From Selaginella moellendorffii (taxonomy: Eukaryota > Plantae > Lycopodiophyta), in assembly GCF_000143415.4 (NCBI RefSeq), contig NW_003314271.1, positions 1,394,141 through 1,406,586 on the forward strand: DNA of 12,446 nucleotides, given 5' to 3'. Below, one piece after another: positions 7,230 to 12,446 of this stretch. A program made the translations under genes and the position numbers. Numbering within the stretch: position 1 is the stretch's first letter; each line of letters starts with the position of its first letter. Below the pieces are notes generated by a model, which saw nothing but the letters and a program-made list of their open reading frames with translations, searched no databases and was not told the origin of the DNA.

Positions 7230-8340
7230 TTGTATGAAACGTTTTAACGATTGCACATGCATAATTTCTGAAAGATCAATCTGTTGGATGTCATGCCAAA
7301 CCTCATAAACTTGCGGTCCCACTTGCTACAACACTTGATATGGTCTTTTCCATTGAACAAAGAGCCTCTTAGATAAATTATATACCGTAAGATTAGGAAA
7401 ATGGACTAATACCAAGTTATCCACTTTGTACTCTATAGGTGAACGATGATGGGAATTGTAATGCCATTGTTGTCCCACTTATATGCGGCCCAAGTGTTTC
7501 GTGGACTCTGCTTAAACAAGTGGAAGAATGCTCGTCAAATATTAATCTCACGACCTAGCATCGGCAGCCCATGGTAATCATGAAGGTAAACCTAATTCTT
7601 TTTTAAGTATTGGATTATGAACATATAAGAGTTTATATGGTGAAGCACTAACAGAACTCTACACCCTTATAACATACACATACTAAAGAAATGGCAAATA
7701 ACCATCCCAATTTGAATATTTTGCGATCATCCCTTTGAAAGTTTGAACAAGCCAATCCACTAAACTGTCTAATTGTGGATGATAAACACTTACGACGAAA
7801 GTGTGGCATATCCCCAAATAAAAATGTAAAACGTGAAATGCCTCAGTTATAAATGCAGAACCATTATCTAAAAGAATCCACTCTAGACAAAAATGCTGGA
7901 ACACCACTTGATTGAGGAGGAAATAACCAACAATAGTGGCAAATACACTAGTGGAAGCATTAACTTTCGCCCAACAAGTCAAATAGTCAAAAGCAATAAT
8001 GACATACTCATTGCTAGCAGTCAACTGTGGAAAATGCCCCATTAGATCAAATATCACCAACTAAAATGGACGGGAAACTACAATTGATTTTAACCATCCC
8101 TCCATCACAAGGGGGAGTATTATAAGCTTGGCACCAAATGAAACTATATATATATCGGATAATATCATGTTGCATTTTCGGCCAATAGAAAGATTTACAT
8201 AGCTTCATGGTCATATAGCAATGGCTTATATCCCTACCTAGAATAGGAGAATAATGGTAGGTATGGAGAAAGAGTGGAATAAAGATCGAAAGCACCACCA
8301 GCCATAAATGATCATTAGAATTTGTCCCCACAAAATAAAG
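7230..8340 (-). pseudogene. Gypsy integrase remnant (HHCC zinc finger, rve core, GPY/F-like C-terminus)
   Basis: FYWPKMQHDIIRYIYSFIWCQ, FDLMGHFP, DYLTCWA, ILLDNGSAF, YHPQLDSLVDW (degenerate YHPQxxGxxER), and KLSKRLFVQWKRPYQV near 7330-7380. Confidence 0.88.
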
Positions 8341-8659
8341 AAGACCGTCCTCAAGGAAATATTAAGAATGTAAATGTTAGAATGGCAAGTCATTAGTTGG
8401 TGATGCAAGATTCTCAAACTTATCTCAAATATTTCGAATTCATGGCTCAATCTTTTGAACCTTGTGAACCTTGTCAAGAGAAGGTAAATCTTATTTTGCA
8501 TCTTGTGGACATTGAATGTTAAGTATAGCAACCGCCGACGGCATGGAATCCTTGTTTAAAAAATCCATAGATACAAGAGCAACAGGCTCATCAGAAATAT
8601 GCAAAGAGAGCGAAGAAGGAAGAGGAGCTCAAGAAAGGGCACCAACATTAGCCTAGAAC

Positions 8660-9920
8660 TCCCTGGGTGATAAAAAACATCAAAATCATATATTTGAAGT
8701 TTCAAAACTCACCGAGCAATACGACCAACCAAATTCTTCCACTTCAATAATGAAGTAACTATAGCATGATCACCTTTTAATAACATTTGAGAACTATGTA
8801 AATATGCATGAAGTTTCTCAAAACCCTAACCTACTGCTAAACACTCCCCTATCGTGGTGTAATTCACCTCCTTTAGTTGTAAAGTATAGGTAATATATGC
8901 AATAGAATGGCGCTAACCATGCACACTTGGGCTCTCTTGCATGAATACACCTCCAAGACTGATGTCAGAAGTATCCACACACAAAATGAAAAGTCAAGTG
9001 TAGTCAGGATATGTCAAAATTGGTGAAGTCGTCAATAGGTCTTTGAGATCTGTAAACACACACTCATAGTCTATAGACCAGATGAAAGATGACCTTTATA
9101 ACTTCAGCAATGCTTGCAATAGTGCAGTGCAATCAGAAAGATGATCATCAAAACGATTGAGATATTACACCTTGCTCAAGAAACCCTACACATCATTCAC
9201 ACACTTTAGAGTAGAAAACTTTAAAACAGCCACAAGTTTATCAAAATCAACTTGCAAACCCTCACAAGAAATATGGTATTCAAGATAAATCGTATCTTTG
9301 GACCCAAACACACACTTCAACCACTTCAACTTTAAACCAACTTTTTGAAGTCGATCTAACACCTTATGAACATCACAGATATATTCCTTCCACGTCCCCT
9401 CTGAGTGATTCAATATATCATTAATGAAGTCAGCAGTCACCTTTAATATATTGCAAAAAACTTTGTCCATCATCTGCTGGAAAGTTGTTGGAGCATTGTT
9501 CAAACTAAATGGTATCACCAAGAACTTATACAAACCAAATAATTAGTTTTACGAATATCATCTTTGGCCATCAATACTTTCTAATAACGAAAAACAAGAT
9601 CTAACTTAGTGAACCAATGACTTCTCCCCAGACAATTTAAGAGATTAGTAGTGTGAGGAAGAGAGTATATATCTGGGATCATCACTTTGTTTAATGGACA
9701 ATAGTCGATGAAAAAAAAATACTCCTATTAAATTTTGTCACAAGATGAGGTTTATATGCTCAAGGACTGCATAACTTTTGAATAGCACTCTTTTCCAACA
9801 TCTCTTTGATGTTTGCATGTAAAATTTTGATCTTTTTGGGTGACCGACAACAAATAGGAACCTTGATTAGGTGAGTATCCTCAGTTGGAATAGGATGATA
9901 TGTTGCAATCTTAGCCTCGA
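8660..9920 (-). pseudogene. Gypsy reverse transcriptase and RNase H remnant
   Basis: HPIPTEDTHLIK...EMLEKSAIQKLCSP, YKFLVIPFSLNNAPTTFQQMMD, ADFINDIL (degenerate YxDD), VLDRLQKVGLKLKWLKCVF, and RNase H FILCVDTSDISLGGVF near 8945-8992. Confidence 0.88.
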
Positions 9921-10234
9921 ATGACAAGTCAAATTCAAAGAGATCAATAAACTCCTTCATAAGGCGGTTAACCACTGCAACACAAAGACCATCAGAAGAA
10001 TTGGAAAAGGGAAAAGAGGAACAAGATAAAAACATAAGAGGAATTAATAGAAATACGAAAGTGATGGAAGTAGAGGTAAAACTAAAGGGTTCGAAAAAGA
10101 ATAAAAGTGAGAGGAATAGAAAAAATATAAAGAAGTATAAGACAAAGAAGAGAAGTTTCAAAGGCACACTTGTCACAATTGTGTTATAATCAATCTATAC
10201 CAAGGATAAGGTTAAAAGCTTGACTCAACACCAC

Positions 10235-10483
10235 CTACAATGACTGCAACTCAAGTTCAAAATCACTCACATGCACAACTAGGTTTGCCTCATCCCGTGC
10301 ACATGTGTATGTATGGCTATTGCCATAAAGAATGAAAAGTATCTTAACCGCATGACATAAATATAGATGGCAACATATGGCAACAAACCGAGCAATAGAA
10401 TATAAACTCAAGCTTGTATCAACCAACACAGAGAGAAGAATAGGAGACCTCTTGTTATAAAAAAAAATTTGGAAAGTAAACAC
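10235..10483 (-). pseudogene. Retroviral-type aspartic protease remnant
   Basis: VLVDTSLSLYSI resembles (V/L)LVD(T/S)G(A/S)-x3-I and lies at the expected position between gag and RT. Confidence 0.65.
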
Positions 10484-10589
10484 TAGATAAACTGATGTTA
10501 AGCAAACCCTTTAATGATACTCCCGAAAGAAAAATGAAGGGGTCATTAATTTATTGATACAAGGTCTTTCCGCTACTTGCACAACTCCT

Positions 10590-11400
10590 CATTTCCTGAA
10601 AGCATCTTGGTGTTTAGATTTTCCACTATAGTAGCACCAACAGAACATTGTTGACGCCAAGGTCTCCACCTAGGAAATGGAGGTCACCAATCTAGAAAAT
10701 GCCGACAATGCCGATAAATGTAACTAACTTCATCATACGCTCAGTAGTAGATATCATGGCTATGACAATATCCTCACTCTTGTCCTTAAACTCGGGCAAC
10801 AGTAGCATCAACCCATTAGAACATGACCATCTCTCATAGAAAGTGGAGTTGAAAGACGTGCAATGAGAAGTGGAAGAGGTGACGTTTTATAATATTGTGC
10901 TAAGCAAAAAGTATCGTCAAAAGGTGGTTGGAGTACGTGTATGCATAAGTCCTACAAGATTTGATGAAGTGTTGGCCACAACATTCCCAATTTGATCTGC
11001 TCCAACATATTTTGCTCCATATGAAGAAAAGGCTTTGGAAACGAACGCCAAATTGCATTATGGATTTAGACGGCCCTTGATGAAGACGATGCAATTATTG
11101 AAAGGCATCATCATAATCATTAGCATGTCTAAATGTGCATTTAAAAATATCTGAGAGAATGCTCCAATCCTCATGAGTGGCTACGCTCAAACCATTGTAC
11201 CATTGCAGCACCATCCCTTAGAGATATGGGGGAAACTCACGCAAATGCCGAGCATTATCCCAAGAATGATATGTGACAATCATCATAAAGTGATCAAACC
11301 AATGGTACACATCATCCATAGAATTCCCACTGAAGAACTTTGGTCAGATGCAAGGATTGGCAACAAAAGCAGGAGGAGTATTGCCACACGCTATAAATAC
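10590..11400 (-). pseudogene. gag remnant
   Basis: HRLHQGPSKSIMQFGVRFQSL resembles the retrotransposon gag L-x-Q-x4-S-(V/I)-x2-(Y/F)-x2-RF motif. A possible decayed zinc knuckle CYYSGKSKH lies near 10610-10636. Boundaries are approximate. Confidence 0.6.
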
Positions 11401-11647
11401 CACTATTAACTGAGTTTGATTGTTCAATTGCAACTGTATAGCATTGAGTAATTGCACCAACTACTACTCCAGAGTAAAAAAAGGCTCCTACACTATTATA
11501 AAGATGAACGAAAAGGAAAGAATAAAAAGAAGTTGGGAAAAGCTATAAGAAAATAGAGATTTGGACAATATAAAAGTTAAATCTAAACCAAAATCCCAAA
11601 TCCTAGCACTCCTCAGGGATAATCAAAGTTGCCCCTCATCTCACTAA

Positions 11648-11819
11648 TATGAGTGTATAGAATATAGAAAGAGAATACAAAAATATGCATATCAATTAAA
11701 AAACCTTATCTTATATATAAGAGCAAGTGGTCTAGATTAAAACCAATCTGATAGCTACCAAAATCCCTCTACGCTAATATTAATATACAACATAAATAGC
11801 CGTACACTTGGACCTCACA
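11648..11819 (-). repeat. 5' LTR (172 bp)
   Basis: Direct repeat of 6931-7105. Ends TCACA on the + strand. Confidence 0.9.
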
Positions 11820-12446
11820 AAGCTATTTTAAAAATGGGATATTATATAGCCTTATTGCAAAATACTGATTATAATTTATAATTATCATTTTGTAATTTTG
11901 CACTTCAACTTCATTAATCTCTTATATTAATAATCCATTAATTTGAAGTAATATAAGCCATCATTTTTCTTTAGAATTAACATTAAATATATATAAATTA
12001 AAGTATATAAAGTAAAACTATTATCTTTACTTTGTAAAGGAGATTATGGATACTATTTAGTTTAAAAATATTTTCTTGTTTATAAAGACCGTTATAGAAA
12101 AAAGCTTAAAATATTTTTTTTCCATAATTCATATACCTTTCTTTATATACTGTTGTGATTTATGCCATGTTTCATATTAAGAAAATAGATAATGGCTGAA
12201 GAATTAATTTGTAACTTGGACATAAAGATAAAGAATGATTTACTTGATAATAATATTGACATTCAAATATTAATTATAAATTATAAAAAATCTACCATTC
12301 TCTATTTCTTTAAAAAAATTCCAGATCCATCTTGTTTATATCTTGGCTACTATTGGAGAATCTTTAATAAATTTTTATATTTATATATATAAATAATAAT
12401 TATTTTAATTATAGGTCTATATTTTATTTTTCTTTTTTATATCTAA

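Larger units (their letters stand above)
6931..11819 (-). mobile_element. Full-length, degenerate Ty3/Gypsy LTR retrotransposon (about 4.9 kb)
   Basis: Two direct LTRs, outer termini TGTGA...TCACA, a PPT, and minus-strand domain order gag-PR-RT-RNaseH-IN, with many stops and frameshifts. Confidence 0.93.

Noticed and set aside
10001-10189. Lys-rich plus-strand ORF and Phe-rich minus-strand segment resembling a transmembrane or env-like region
   Set aside because: It is a low-complexity purine/pyrimidine-skewed linker between protease and RT, at the wrong position for env, and probably shaped by C-to-T decay.
11820-12446. ORF 12192-12392 in the AT-rich tail
   Set aside because: Its composition (I/K/N/Y/F-rich) is what random AT-rich DNA gives, and no homology was recognised.

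Overview
Eukaryotic, almost certainly land-plant DNA. The 51-55 bp GT-AG introns, a PLS-class PPR remnant and a nodulin-like MFS gene point to a compact genome such as the lycophyte Selaginella (inference). The GC-rich left half (about 490-5940) holds the most interesting element, an intact spliced gene (1461-3753, +, about 693-710 aa) that the ORF track splits into four pieces. It encodes a Crinkler/RHS (CR)-type P-loop NTPase fused to a PD-(D/E)xK-type restriction-endonuclease-fold domain. A C4HC3 PHD finger is inserted inside the nuclease domain, and a Rho_N/HeH-like nucleic-acid-binding module sits at the C-terminus. No Crinkler secretion header is visible. Immediately upstream lies a head-to-head, deletion-riddled inverted copy of the same gene (about 435-1325, -). 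The tail of that copy is duplicated again in inverted form around a (TA)n microsatellite. Downstream are a degenerate PPR fragment and an intact nodulin-like MFS transporter (both -). The AT-rich right half contains a MITE/fold-back-like element (about 6071-6605) and an old, full-length but heavily mutated Ty3/Gypsy LTR retrotransposon (6931-11819, -) with short LTRs of about 175 bp. All family assignments come from motif recognition by eye; no database searches were run.
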